Assembly: GCA_965224025.1 (NCBI GenBank)
Contig: OZ245033.1
Location: forward strand, 4,192,001 to 4,256,000
DNA from: Candidatus Multivorans sp.
Lineage (GTDB): Bacteria; Acidobacteriota; Thermoanaerobaculia; Multivoradales; Multivoraceae
Length of the DNA: 64,000 nucleotides
Direction of reading: 5' to 3'
The position numbers and the translations under genes are program-made. The notes below the pieces were generated by a model. The model had not been told where the DNA came from. It saw only the letters and a program-made list of their open reading frames with translations, and ran no database searches. Position 1 is the stretch's first letter, and every line of letters starts with the position of its first letter. Below are positions 17,720-31,596 of this stretch, one piece after another.

Positions 17720-18840
17720 GCCTGCAGATCGAAACGATCACCCTGCGCGAAATCCGGCTGCCTCTGGTGGAGCCCTTCCGCATCTCGTCCGGCGTCACGA
17801 CGACGCGCCGCATTCTGCTGCTGGAACTCGTCGACGCGGACGGCGCCTCGACCTGGTCCGAGTGCGTCGCCGGCGACTTCCCGAACTACTCGCCGGAGAG
17901 CATCGACACCGCCACGCTGGCGATTCGCGCGTGGCTCGCACCGCGCGTCCTCGGCCGGCGCTTCGAAACGCCCCAGCAGGTGTCCGAGGCTCTGTCGGAG
18001 GACCTCCGCGGCCACGAAATGGCCCAGGCGGCGATCGAGATGGGGGCCTGGGCTCTGGCAGCGACAAAGGCCGGGTGCAGCCTCTCGTCGTTGCTTGGGG
18101 GCACACGGAAGCGGATCGGCACCGGCATCTCGATCGGCATTCAGAGCTCGCCCGAGGAACTGGCTACGAAGGCCGAGAAGGCGCTGGGCGCCGGCTACCG
18201 GAAGATCAAGCTGAAGATCAAGCCCGGGCAGGATCTGCCGTACCTGCTGGCCGTCCGCGACCGGCTCGGCCCCGACGCGCCGCTCATGGCCGACGCGAAC
18301 AACGCCTACACCCTGGACGACACGGAACACCTGCTCCAACTCGACGACTTCGACCTGGTCATGGTCGAACAGCCCCTGGCCTGGGACGATGTCGCGCGCC
18401 ACGCCGAACTCCAGCGCCGCATGCGGACGCCGATCTGCCTCGACGAGTCGATCACGAACATCGCCCGCGCCGAGGACATGATCCGGCTGCGGAGCGGTCG
18501 GATCATCAACATCAAGCCGGGCCGGGTGGCGGGCTTCACCGCCTCCAAGGCGATCCACGACCTGTGCGCCGCGAACGGCATCCCGGTCTGGTGCGGCGGC
18601 ATGCTCGAGAGCGGCATCGGCCGCGCCTACAACGTCGCGCTGGCCTCCTTGCCGAACTTCACGATTCCCGGCGACGTGAGCCCCAGCAACCGCTACTGGG
18701 CGCGCGACATCGTCTCGCCCGAGTGGACGATGGACGGCGACGGCTGGGTCGAAGTGCCGGACGGCCCCGGCCTCGGCGTCGACGTCGACCGCGAGCGGAT
18801 CGAAGCGTTGACGGTGCAGAAGGAACGGCTGACGGCGTAG
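17716..18840 (+). CDS. menC: o-succinylbenzoate synthase / N-succinylamino acid racemase (enolase superfamily)
   Basis: KIKLK, ADAN, VEQP, LDES, NIKPGR, WCGGMLESGIGRA. Confidence 0.9.
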   Translation: MSLQIETITLREIRLPLVEPFRISSGVTTTRRILLLELVDADGASTWSECVAGDFPNYSPESIDTATLAIRAWLAPRVLGRRFETPQQVSEALSEDLRGHEMAQAAIEMGAWALAATKAGCSLSSLLGGTRKRIGTGISIGIQSSPEELATKAEKALGAGYRKIKLKIKPGQDLPYLLAVRDRLGPDAPLMADANNAYTLDDTEHLLQLDDFDLVMVEQPLAWDDVARHAELQRRMRTPICLDESITNIARAEDMIRLRSGRIINIKPGRVAGFTASKAIHDLCAANGIPVWCGGMLESGIGRAYNVALASLPNFTIPGDVSPSNRYWARDIVSPEWTMDGDGWVEVPDGPGLGVDVDRERIEALTVQKERLTA

Positions 18841-18851
18841 TCGGCCGGTAT

Positions 18852-19313
18852 CTACAGGCTCCAGCCGCCGTCGACGGTCACCGTGTGGCCGGTGACGAAC
18901 ACGTTGCGCTCGATCAGGGCGACGATCGCGTCGGCGCGGGTGCAGTTGAAGACGCCGCGCAGATTGGCGCCGAGGATGTCGTCCCAGACCTCGTCGGTCA
19001 CGCCCTCCAGATCACCGTGAGCGATGAAGTGGGTCATCCCCGCGTTGTTGACGAGAATCTGCAGGGCGCCGAACGCATCCACCGCCGAGTCGATCAGGCG
19101 CCGGCAGTCGGCGTCCCGCCGCATGTCGGCCTGCACCGCGACCGCTTTGCCGCCGGCTTCCCGGATGCCGCCGGCGATCCGCTCGGCGGCCTCGGCGCCG
19201 CTGTGGTAGTTGACCACCACGGACGCCCCCAGGCTCGCCAGCAGCTCCGCCGTCGCCTGGCCGACGCCCGACGACGAACCGGTGACGACGGCGACCTTGC
19301 CTGCGATCTCCAT
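18852..19313 (-). pseudogene. SDR oxidoreductase with in-frame internal deletion (catalytic YxxxK absent)
   Basis: TGSSSGVG and NNAG are present, then FNCTRA joins directly to the C-terminal DAIVAL...VTGHTVTVDGG. Only 153 aa. Confidence 0.75.
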
Positions 19314-19343
19314 GCCGTAGCTCCCGCAGCGCCTTTCCGGGAC

Positions 19344-20135
19344 CTACCGGCCCTTCCAGTTCGGCGGCCGCTTCTCGGCGAACGCTCGCGGACCTTCGAC
19401 CAGATCCTCGGATGTGTTCATCGCGGCGGTCCACGGGAAAATCGAACCGGCGGCCTGCTCCAGCGCGATGCCGAGCCCCCTGTTCGCCGCCTCCTTGCTG
19501 GCCCGCACGGACAGCGGCGCGCATTCCAGGATCTGCGCCGCCCACGCCCGCGCCCGGTCGAGGAGTTCGTCGTGAGCGCAGACTTCGTTCACGATCCCGA
19601 GTTCCTTCGCCTCCTGGGGCGTGATGTGCCGCCCGGTGAGGAGCATGCCCATCGCCTGGTGGTAGGGAATCTGCCGCGGCAGCCGGTGAACGCCCAGCGC
19701 GCCCGCCATCAGACCGACCCGGGGTTCGGGAAGCCCAAAGGTCGCCTTCTCGGAGGCGAGGATGATGTCGCAGGCGAGCACCAGCTCGAACCCGCCGCCG
19801 AGCGCGAAGCCGTTGACCGCCGCGATCATCGGCTTGTGCAGGTCGAAGCGAGAGGTGATGCCGCCGAAGCCGCCCCGAACGCCCTTCATGCCGGCCCGCA
19901 CCGTCTTGCTGCCGTGCTCCGCCTGGTACTTCAGGTCGTTGCCGGCGGAGAACGCGCGGTCGCCGGCGCCGGTGAGGATCGCCACCCAGGCGGCGTCGTC
20001 CGCGGCGAAATCGTTGAACACCGAGTCGAGCTCCTGGCTCGTCGGCGGGTGGATGGCGTTCATGCGCTCGGGACGGTTGATCGTCACCGTCCAGACGTGA
20101 TCGTCCTTCGAAACCTCGAGAAACTCGTAGCTCAC
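19344..20135 (-). CDS. Enoyl-CoA hydratase/crotonase family protein
   Basis: INRPERMNA, FSAGNDLK, AAVNGFALGGGFE, FGLPE. Confidence 0.92.
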   Translation of the reverse strand: MSYEFLEVSKDDHVWTVTINRPERMNAIHPPTSQELDSVFNDFAADDAAWVAILTGAGDRAFSAGNDLKYQAEHGSKTVRAGMKGVRGGFGGITSRFDLHKPMIAAVNGFALGGGFELVLACDIILASEKATFGLPEPRVGLMAGALGVHRLPRQIPYHQAMGMLLTGRHITPQEAKELGIVNEVCAHDELLDRARAWAAQILECAPLSVRASKEAANRGLGIALEQAAGSIFPWTAAMNTSEDLVEGPRAFAEKRPPNWKGR

Positions 20136-20282
20136 TTGCCTGCTCCTGTTGGCTGCGGGCCGTTTTCGACCCTTTCATGGAAGGCCGCGAGAGTAGCAGG
20201 CGGGGGCGCGCCAGCCCTCCTGAACCAACCTGCCTGGGGTTCCTTGACAAGCACTCGCGGGCGCTGGCAGCGTCCACTCACG

Positions 20283-21335
20283 ATGACCCTCTTGCCGCTG
20301 CCGGAGAGCTTCCACGAAAGCGCCGCCCGGGAGCGGAGCGGCGCCTGGTTCCACGACCCCGATCCCAACCGGATCGCCGCCGCTGCCGCGGACTGGCGCC
20401 AGCGCCACAACCTCCCTCCGGCAGCCTCGGACGAGGCCCGCCGTCTGCTGCTGCTGGTCGACGAGCAGCGCGACTTCTGCCTGCCCGAGGGCACGCTCTT
20501 CGTCGGTGGCCGTTCCGGCCGCGGCGCGCTCGAGGACACGGAGCGGCTGGTGCGCTTCATCTACCGCAATCTCGGCAACCTGACCGACATCGTCAGCAGC
20601 CTCGACACCCACTTGCCCCACCAGATCTTCTTCTCTTCGTTCTGGACTGACGCCGCGGGCCGCCCACTTGATCCCTACCGCGAAGTGACCGCGGAACAGG
20701 TAGCCGCCGGCAGCGCGGTTCCCAACCCCGACCTCGCCGGCTGGTTCGGAGACGGCAGCCCGGAATGGTTGCGCCGCCAAGCCGAGGACTACTGCCGGAG
20801 ACTGGAGGAAACCGGGCGTTACCGGCTCTACCTGTGGCCGCCGCACTGTCTGCTGGGCAGCCAGGGTCAGACCGTAGTCGGAACAGTCCAGGAAGCGCGC
20901 CTGTTCTTCGCCTACGCCCGACGGGCGCAGGCGCCGATGGAGGTCAAGGGCTCCGACTCGCTGACCGAGAACTACTCCGTGCTGTCGCCCGAGGTGCTCA
21001 CCGGCCACGATGGCCGGCCCCTCGGCGAGCGCAACACGGCGCTGCTCGATCGCCTACTGGCCGCCGACGCGGTGATCCTCGCCGGCCAGGCGGGCAGCCA
21101 TTGCGTGCGCAGCACCGTCGACGAGCTACTGACCGAGATGGACTCTCGCGGCGTCCCCGCCGGCCGCCTGCATCTGCTCGCCGACTGCATGTCCGCCGTC
21201 GCGGTGCCCGACCCGGACAACCCGGGCGAGTTCGTCGCCGACTTCACCAACGAGTTCGAAGCAGCCCTGAGCCGCTACCAGGCCGTCGGAGTCCACATCG
21301 CGAGTTCCGAGGACGACGCGGCCAACTGGGGCTGA
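20283..21335 (+). CDS. Nicotinamidase-like cysteine hydrolase (isochorismatase family)
   Basis: LLVDEQRDFC, SLDTH, WPPHC, VKG, AGQAGSHCV; adjacent to nadE and pncB. Confidence 0.8.
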   Translation: MTLLPLPESFHESAARERSGAWFHDPDPNRIAAAAADWRQRHNLPPAASDEARRLLLLVDEQRDFCLPEGTLFVGGRSGRGALEDTERLVRFIYRNLGNLTDIVSSLDTHLPHQIFFSSFWTDAAGRPLDPYREVTAEQVAAGSAVPNPDLAGWFGDGSPEWLRRQAEDYCRRLEETGRYRLYLWPPHCLLGSQGQTVVGTVQEARLFFAYARRAQAPMEVKGSDSLTENYSVLSPEVLTGHDGRPLGERNTALLDRLLAADAVILAGQAGSHCVRSTVDELLTEMDSRGVPAGRLHLLADCMSAVAVPDPDNPGEFVADFTNEFEAALSRYQAVGVHIASSEDDAANWG

Positions 21336-21337
21336 AG

Positions 21338-23431
<2,094 letters not shown>

Positions 23432-23505
23432 GCGCGATTATGAACGAGACTAGGGGCAAGCGCCTCAAGACCAAGCCACTTCGGCCCCGGAAGACCGCCG
23501 GCGAC

Positions 23506-24920
<1,415 letters not shown>

Positions 24921-24924
<4 letters not shown>

Positions 24925-26732
24925 GGCGAAGCCTCGACGAGCGGCGGCGCCGCCGGCCGGTGCTGGTACAGCTCGCCATCGGTGAAACCGAGCCGCCGGT
25001 AGTACACCCGCGTGCCGACCGAGGAGATGACCGCCATCTTCTCGAATCCGGCGTCCCCGGCGATCTTGAGGGCCTCGGCGACCAGGCGGCGGCCGAGACC
25101 GATGTGCTGCGACCTGCCGTCGCCCCGCTCGCCGAAGCCGACGACCGCACCGTAGACGTGGACCTCCCGGATGATCGCCTTGCCGGCCAGTTCCGCCGGG
25201 CGAACCTCAGCCGACCCGGACGCCGCCGGCAGGCGCAGCCTGAGGAACCCGGCGATCCGGTCGTCCGCGTCCACGAACTCCAGGAACGTCTCCCGACCCG
25301 AAGCCGCCTCGTAGTCCGTGCGCCGCATGCGGAGGCGGCGCGGATCGACGCGACGGCCGCCGATCTCCCGGGCACGGATGTCCCGGCAGACGACACTGCG
25401 CTCACCCGCCTCGGCTTCGGCCACCTGACGCAGGTTCGTGGTCCGGTTGCCGGTCACGATGTCGGTGCCGGGAATGTCGCGGATCACCCGCGTCAGCCGG
25501 CAGTAGCGCGGCGTGGCGCCGAGACTGTGGACGAGCACGTCCAGCAATTCGCCGCGCGTGTATGGCCGCCATGCGCCGCGGCGGTAGTAGGCCATGAGCT
25601 CGGCGCTCTCTATCAGCGAACAGGGGTAGACCTTGAGCTCGTCCGGCCGCAGATCCGGATCCCGGAACAGGCGGTCGAAGTCCTCGCGGTCCTTCGCCGG
25701 CGTCGAGCCGTAGAGGTTCGGCATCCAGTGCGCCTGGATCTTGAACCCCGCGCCGCGCAGCAGCCGGATCGCGCGCCGGGTTCGGGCGGTGTCGTGGCCG
25801 CGCTTGTTGAGGGCCAGCACCTCGTCGTCCATGCTCTGGATGCCGATCTGCACCTTCGTGGCGCCCAGCCGCCGCATCCGCAGAGCCTCCTCGCGGTCGA
25901 GTCGGTCCGGACGGGTCTCGAGCGACAGGCCCACGCAGCGGGTTGCCGCCGTCTCGTTTGCACGCTGCTCTGCCGCCAGTTCGGCCCAGTCGGCCGCCTG
26001 ACGCCGGGCCTGGTCCGCGGCCCGCGGATGCGCCGAAGTCCAATCGGAGACCACCTGGTTGTACTTGCGGTTCGCGGCATTCCCGTCGACCGTCTCGTCG
26101 AGCTCCCTGAAGTCGACCTCGGGCTCGAAGTGCGGGAGCGGGTCGCGGGCCGCCGGCATGGTGGCTGCGGAGAACCGGTTCATCGCCTCGAAGCATCGCT
26201 GAATGAACCAGATCTGGTACGCCTCCGGGTAACTCGACCAAGTGCCTCCGAGCACGATCAGCTCGACCTTGTCGGTCGGGTGACCGGTGTGATGAAACGA
26301 ACGGAGACGGGCAAGGGTCTGGCGGTAGGGATCGAACTGGTGCTCCGCGGCGCGCTGCGCCCCGGGTTCGGACGACAGATAGCTCTTCGGCATCCGCACG
26401 TCGCTGGGGCAGAAGATGCAGCGTCCGGGACACGGGAACGGCTTGGTCAGCACGGTGACGGGCGCCACGCCGCTGCGCGTCCGCACCGGCTTCATGCGAA
26501 CCCGCTCGACGAACGCCTGTTCGGCCGCCGAACCGGGCCGGAGCGCCCGGTAGCCGCGGATCAGCTCGCTCTTGGAGAAGAAGCCCCTGCCATCCTTCGG
26601 GTGGCGGCGGAGGAGGTCCTCCAGATCGCGCCCCTCGAACCGCGGCGCCCGTTCGATGGCGCCGATGATCGCCTCGAGTTCGGCCGCGTACTCCTCCGGC
26701 TCGAACGGGTACGCGCCGCCGACCGTGTTCAT
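24921..26732 (-). CDS. elp3: Elp3 tRNA uridine(34) acetyltransferase (radical SAM + GNAT)
   Basis: RTRSGVAPVTV, CPGRCIFCP, PKSY, KVELIVLGGTW, ETRPD, REVHVYG, QHIGLG, ISSVGTRVYYRRLG. Confidence 0.92.
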
Positions 26733-26891
26733 CGACCGGATACTCCACGAAGCAGCCGAGCACGAGCGCCAGGCGACCGGCGCAGAGAGTCGGAGGCGCA
26801 CGCAAGGCGTTTCGGGGCTATTGTCGCCGCCATGACGGGAACCTACTACGGTCGGGTCAGGCCCTTGCGCCCCTGAGGGCGGGTGAAGACG

Positions 26892-27722
26892 ATGGCGACG
26901 GAAACGGCGCCGGCGACGCGCTTCGAGGGCCGCGCGGCCCTGGTCACCGGCGGCGGCAGCGGCATCGGACTCGCGGTGGCCCGCACCCTCGCTTCGGGCG
27001 GTTGCCGCGTTGCGATCTGCGGCCGTCGGCGGAGCGTGGTCGAGGCGGCTGCCGACGAACTGAGGGAAGAGGGCCTCAACTGCCTGGCCGTCGCCGGCGA
27101 CATCGCCGGCGCCGACAGCGCGCGGGAGATGGTGGACGATGCGGCTTGCAAACTGGACGGGCTCGGCATCCTCGTCAACTGCGCGGGCGTCTACCACACG
27201 GGGCCGCTGGCAGCGGAGGGCGCCGGCGCGGCCGAGCCGGGAGCGACCGGCGAACCGGACCCAGTCGACCTGGTGATCGACATCGATCTGAAGGGCGTGC
27301 TGTTCGCCATCCGCGCCGCCATTCCCCACCTGCGCGCCAACGCCGGCACGGGCGGAGCGTCGATCGTCAACATCTCTTCGTCCGTCACCCAGTCGCCGCT
27401 CGCCAACTGCTCCGTCTACTCCGCCGCCAAGGCCGGGGTCGACGCGTTGACCCGCAGCCTCGCCCTCGAACTCGCCGGCGACCGCATTCGCGTCAACGCC
27501 GTGCTGCCCGGCGTCGTGCGCACGCCGATCTTCGAGACCGTCATGCCGCCGGACGAGGCCGCCGCGTTCCTCGACGGCTTCGGCGGCCAGGTGCCCCTCG
27601 GCCGCATCGGCGAACCGGACGATGTGGCGCGCGCGGTCGTTTTCCTGTGCGATCCCGAGAACGACTGGATCACCGGCGCGCTGCTCGCCGTCGACGGCGG
27701 CCTGAGCCTGGGCTCCGTGTAG
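26892..27722 (+). CDS. SDR family oxidoreductase
   Basis: TGGGSGIG, NCAG, YSAAK, IRVNAVLPG. Confidence 0.9.
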   Translation: MATETAPATRFEGRAALVTGGGSGIGLAVARTLASGGCRVAICGRRRSVVEAAADELREEGLNCLAVAGDIAGADSAREMVDDAACKLDGLGILVNCAGVYHTGPLAAEGAGAAEPGATGEPDPVDLVIDIDLKGVLFAIRAAIPHLRANAGTGGASIVNISSSVTQSPLANCSVYSAAKAGVDALTRSLALELAGDRIRVNAVLPGVVRTPIFETVMPPDEAAAFLDGFGGQVPLGRIGEPDDVARAVVFLCDPENDWITGALLAVDGGLSLGSV

Positions 27723-27747
27723 GAGCTTGCGCGGCAGAACGATCTGA

Positions 27748-27884
27748 CCTGGGAACCCGTGTGGCGCGACCCGCGCCACACGCGAACCACTCCGTGCGCC
27801 CGTCATCGGGCGCGCGGATGGCACGCGGGCATCCTGCCCGCATCCGGACCCTGGGAACGCGGGCGTCTCGCCCGTATCCGGTGC
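27748..27884. repeat. Composite REP/BIME-like element, family A (full copy plus extra unit)
   Basis: GTGGCGCGACCCGCGCCAC hairpin, GCGCCCG..CGGGCGC hairpin and two GCGGGC..GCCCG(C) units. Confidence 0.8.
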
Positions 27885-27911
27885 AAAGCACCGGCCATAC
27901 TCGCCTCCACC

Positions 27912-28712
27912 ATGCACCCTTCAACCCAAGCCGCCCTCCGGCGCATCAATCGCGAGTTCTACAGCCGCCACGCCGCCGACTTCGACCGCGCCCGCCACCC
28001 CGGCGGCTGGCCGGGCTGGCGCCGCGTCCTCGAAGCCGCAACGGTTCGGCTACAGGCCGCGGACACCACCGAAGCCAGCGAAGCCCGCCGTCCACTCCGC
28101 GTCCTGGACCTCGGCTGCGGCAACGGCCGCTTCGCCCTCTTCCTCGACCGCCATCCCGACCTCCGCTCCGAACGGCCATCCGACTACTTCGGTATCGACT
28201 CCAGCGCCGAGCTGATCGAGCGCGCCCGCTCCGCCTGCGCCGATCGCGGACTCATCCGCTTCGAGGTCGCCGATCTCCAAGCCGCCAACCACGAACCCGC
28301 CTTCGACCTCGTCACGCTGTTCGGCGTCGTCCACCACCTGCCTGGCTTCGACAACCGGCGCCGCGCCCTCAAACGAGCTGCCGCGGCCCTGGCGCCCGGT
28401 GGCCTGCTCGCCGTCACCTGCTGGCAGTTCGCTGACGACGCCCGGTTCGAAAGCCGCCGCCTCGACTGGGGTCTGGAAGCAGGCGTCAACCCGGCTGAAC
28501 TCGAACCCGGAGACCACCTGCTGCGCTGGGGACCGGGCGACTGCGGAGCCCGCCGCTACTGCCACCACACCGACGAGCGGGAACTCGACCGTCTCGTCGG
28601 CGGCCTGCCGCTGACCGAGACTGCCCGCTACCGCGCCGACGGCGCCGGCGACCGGCAGAACCTGTACTGGCTGGGTGCCCGAGGGCTCAGACAGAACCGC
28701 GGACACTGCTGA
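27912..28712 (+). CDS. Class I SAM methyltransferase, Trm9/ALKBH8-MTase-like
   Basis: FYSRHAADFDRAR..WP, LDLGCGNGR, VVHH..RR...PGG...CW and RYCH...EL match the Trm9 motif order as recalled. Confidence 0.7.
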   Translation: MHPSTQAALRRINREFYSRHAADFDRARHPGGWPGWRRVLEAATVRLQAADTTEASEARRPLRVLDLGCGNGRFALFLDRHPDLRSERPSDYFGIDSSAELIERARSACADRGLIRFEVADLQAANHEPAFDLVTLFGVVHHLPGFDNRRRALKRAAAALAPGGLLAVTCWQFADDARFESRRLDWGLEAGVNPAELEPGDHLLRWGPGDCGARRYCHHTDERELDRLVGGLPLTETARYRADGAGDRQNLYWLGARGLRQNRGHC

Positions 28713-29745
28713 GGAAGTCGTCCGCGTCCCGGCACTCCCACGCCAACCGGATGAGCGGCGCGGGGTCCGCGACGTGGTCGAGTTGCTCAAACCACGAGCG
28801 CAAGGCCGGCGTCGTCGCCAGACCGCGAGCCGCGAGCGCCTCCGACACGGCGACGCGAACGATCTCCAGACGCTCCTCTGCACGGCCCTCGACACGGCCC
28901 TCTGCACGGCCCTCGACACGGCCCTCTGCACGGCCCTCGACACGGCCCTCCGCTCGACCCTCTGCTCGGCCCTCCGCGCGGCCCTCCGCGCGCTCCCGGC
29001 GCAGAAGAGGATCGTCGTCGGGGCCGGTGCCTTCCGCGGCGGCAAGTGCGTCGGCCACGCGGCGAAGCATGTCCACCGTTTCCAGCGAAGCCTCGTGCTC
29101 GTTCAGGGCCGAGTGAATCGCCTCCGCGGTCCAGCCCGGGAAAGCCCTGCTCGACAGCGTTTCGATGTAGCGCTCCCCCTCCAGAACGTAGATCGTGAGG
29201 GCGGACCGGCGAGACTTCGGCCGGTAGTGCCAGCTCGCGTTCGGGACTTCCACCCAGACCTCCGGGAAGCCCCACGATTCATAAATGCCGAGCTTGCGGC
29301 GCCGCACGTCGGTGCTGTAGTCGACCTCCAGGAGCACATCCGGCAGCGCATTCACGCCGCGTTCGATCTCCGGGCCGCTGGGCCGCGTCTCAGCCGGATG
29401 CAGATAGGCGACCTGGTCCGCGGCCAGGAGTCTCAGCCGTTCGCCGCTCTCTCCGCGCACAACGAGCCACGTACCGCCGATCACGTCGATCGGCGAGCCG
29501 CGCCGCATGGCGATCATCTTCATGCAGGCGGCGAAGCGTTGCGCCCCGTACTCGTGATAGCTGGTGGCCGGCTCCGCCACGATCGCGATCTGGTTGCGCG
29601 CGTCCCAGTACTCGATGCGGCCATCGTAGTCGTCGAGTTCCTCGTCCGGAATCGGCACCGCGCGGCAACCCGGGAACTCGTGAGCCTGGGGCGGCGCACC
29701 TTCGTCGGGAAGCTGGTCGGCTCTTCTGGCGATCGGTTCAGCCAT
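28687..29745 (-). CDS. Uma2/DUF820 family PD-(D/E)XK nuclease-like protein with EGRA repeats
   Basis: RIEYWD, PDVLLEVD, KLGIYESWGFPEVW, SRAFPGW. Confidence 0.75.
   Translation of the reverse strand: MAEPIARRADQLPDEGAPPQAHEFPGCRAVPIPDEELDDYDGRIEYWDARNQIAIVAEPATSYHEYGAQRFAACMKMIAMRRGSPIDVIGGTWLVVRGESGERLRLLAADQVAYLHPAETRPSGPEIERGVNALPDVLLEVDYSTDVRRRKLGIYESWGFPEVWVEVPNASWHYRPKSRRSALTIYVLEGERYIETLSSRAFPGWTAEAIHSALNEHEASLETVDMLRRVADALAAAEGTGPDDDPLLRRERAEGRAEGRAEGRAEGRVEGRAEGRVEGRAEGRVEGRAEERLEIVRVAVSEALAARGLATTPALRSWFEQLDHVADPAPLIRLAWECRDADDFLSSVRGSV
28876..28992. repeat. 12-bp coding tandem repeat (about 9 units, EGRA/EGRV)
   Basis: Alternating CACGGCCCTCGA/CACGGCCCTCTG units. Confidence 0.9.
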
Positions 29746-29826
29746 GCGGTCGATTCTAGACCCCACAGACAACGAGCGGGGCAGCGGAGCGGCTGGTAAT
29801 TTGCGATGGAAGGAGGATCGCCACCG

Positions 29827-31290
29827 ATGAAGCCCTCGTCCCTCGCACTTGTCGCGTCCGCGCTGCTGACCGCCCTCCCCGCCGATGCACAGCGGGAGGA
29901 GACGTACGACTACTGGCAACCGCAGCGGCGGATGGTCCGGCTGGGCCAGCAGGCGATCTTCATGTGCAACGGCCTGTTCACGTCGAACCGGACCATCGAG
30001 CAGGTGTTCGGGCAGGAACTGGCCTTCCTGCCGGAGCCCGTCGGCACCGCGGACGGCGGTGACTACGAGGTCGACTGGGATCGCAAGGCGGTGACGATCG
30101 GTTCCGGCCACGGCGCGCCGAAGATGCGGGCGGCCTTCCGCGAGGGCATCGGCTGCATCATCCTTGCGCCCGATCAGACGTTCGATGACATCGACGATCT
30201 GCCCGCCATCGGAATGCCGCCCGCGCCCGGCGTTGCCGCGGAGATCCTCTGGCCCGACGGCGACCTGACGGCTCAGACCGCCCTGCCGCCCGATGTCGAC
30301 GCGACGGCCCTCCAGGCCGCCTCGGACTGGAGCTTCGACCGCGAATCCGCGGAACAGGTCACCCTGAGCCTGCTCGTCGTCCACCGCGGCCAGATCGTCC
30401 ACGAGCGCTACGCGGAGGGCGTCGACCGGACGACCCGCACACGGACCTGGTCCACGGCCAAGAGCATCGCCTCAACGCTCATCGGCATGCTCGTCGACGA
30501 AGGCAAGCTGTCCCTCGACGCCCCGCTCGGCTTCGACTTCCTGCCCGATTTCCCGGCAGAAGCCGCCGCGCCCGAAGCCGACCCGCGATCCGCGATCACC
30601 CTCCGGCACGTCCTGAACATGTCGAGCGGCCTCCAAACCGTCGACAACGGCGGCCTCGAGTACGCCGTCGGCTCCGGCATGTCCTACTGGGCCGGCACCA
30701 GCTCCACAGGCGGCGCCCGGCGCCGCGCCCTGATCCGCGAGCCCGGCACGAACTGGGACTACGAGAACTACGACACCCTGCTCGCCGTCTACGCGATGAA
30801 GCTCGCCCTCGGCAGCGAGAAGAAGTACCACCAGTTCCCCCGCAAGCGCCTGCTCGACCCCATCGGCATGCGGAACACCCTCCTCAGCACCGACCGCTTC
30901 GGCGACTTCATCCTCAGCAGTCACGTCTACACCAACGCCCGCGACCTCGCCCGCTTCGGCCTCCTCTACCTTCAGAACGGCCTTTGGAACGGTGAACGCC
31001 TCCTATCCGAAGAGTGGATCGACTTCGTCCGCACCCCGGCCCCCGCCACCCACAACCGCGGCAACTTCTACGGCGGCCAGTTCTGGCTCGTCCCCGACGA
31101 ACGCACCGACGTCCCCAAGGGCGGCTACTCCACCGCCGGCAACCGCGGCCAGTTCGTCGTCATCGTCCCCTCCCACGACCTCGTCATCGTCCGCCGCGGC
31201 CTCGACTGGGGACGGCAGGGCTTCGACCGCTGGGACATGACGCGGGAGGTGATCAAGGCGTTCCCTGCTGTCGCTGCCGAGGCGGACTGA
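29827..31290 (+). CDS. Serine hydrolase, beta-lactamase class C family, secreted
   Basis: Signal peptide; STAK (SxxK), YEN (YxN), ARDLARFG. Confidence 0.88.
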   Translation: MKPSSLALVASALLTALPADAQREETYDYWQPQRRMVRLGQQAIFMCNGLFTSNRTIEQVFGQELAFLPEPVGTADGGDYEVDWDRKAVTIGSGHGAPKMRAAFREGIGCIILAPDQTFDDIDDLPAIGMPPAPGVAAEILWPDGDLTAQTALPPDVDATALQAASDWSFDRESAEQVTLSLLVVHRGQIVHERYAEGVDRTTRTRTWSTAKSIASTLIGMLVDEGKLSLDAPLGFDFLPDFPAEAAAPEADPRSAITLRHVLNMSSGLQTVDNGGLEYAVGSGMSYWAGTSSTGGARRRALIREPGTNWDYENYDTLLAVYAMKLALGSEKKYHQFPRKRLLDPIGMRNTLLSTDRFGDFILSSHVYTNARDLARFGLLYLQNGLWNGERLLSEEWIDFVRTPAPATHNRGNFYGGQFWLVPDERTDVPKGGYSTAGNRGQFVVIVPSHDLVIVRRGLDWGRQGFDRWDMTREVIKAFPAVAAEAD

Positions 31291-31428
31291 GGCGGAGCCG
31301 GCGCCGGCGCCGGAGCCGGAGCCGAAGCCGGAACGGCGAGGCGGATTGCATCGGTTACACCCGCCTGCCCTGGGCAGGCTGGAGGTTGTCGGGCTACAAG
31401 CTGCCGGATCGCGCGAGCGCTCGTGTGG

Positions 31429-31442
31429 TCTTACCGGTAAGA
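31429..31442. promoter_or_regulatory. Perfect 14-bp palindrome TCTTACCGGTAAGA upstream of the SCP2 operon
   Basis: Seen directly in the sequence; an operator role is inference. Confidence 0.4.
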
Positions 31443-31491
31443 GGAGACGCAGCGCAAACCTCCCACTTGTCCGAGAAAGCGCGAGCGGCCG

Positions 31492-31527
31492 CTGGGACCC
31501 CTCCCCCTGAGCCCCGCCGCGGGCAGG
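31492..31527. repeat. Dispersed repeat family B (GGGACCC..CTCCCCCTGAGCCC..GCGGGC)
   Basis: Similar copies at 37341-37375 and, reversed and partial, at 34334-34355. Confidence 0.55.
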
Positions 31528-31596
31528 TGTCTCCGACAAGCCTCGGCCAGCTCGTCGCCCGTCGGCTAGGATCGCCCGGTCCAAACGGGGGGTGCG

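Noticed and set aside
17862-21335. 1157-aa ORF
   Set aside because: It is off-frame or antisense to menC, the SDR and the crotonase. Only the last 350 aa (nicotinamidase-like) are real.
29827-31290. Antibiotic-resistance beta-lactamase
   Set aside because: It has a generic SxxK/YxN serine hydrolase signature with a long N-terminal extension and no specific evidence for beta-lactam hydrolysis.
31293-31332. GCCGGA/GCCGGC 6-bp tandem run
   Set aside because: It is a short intergenic low-complexity GC tract with no evident function.
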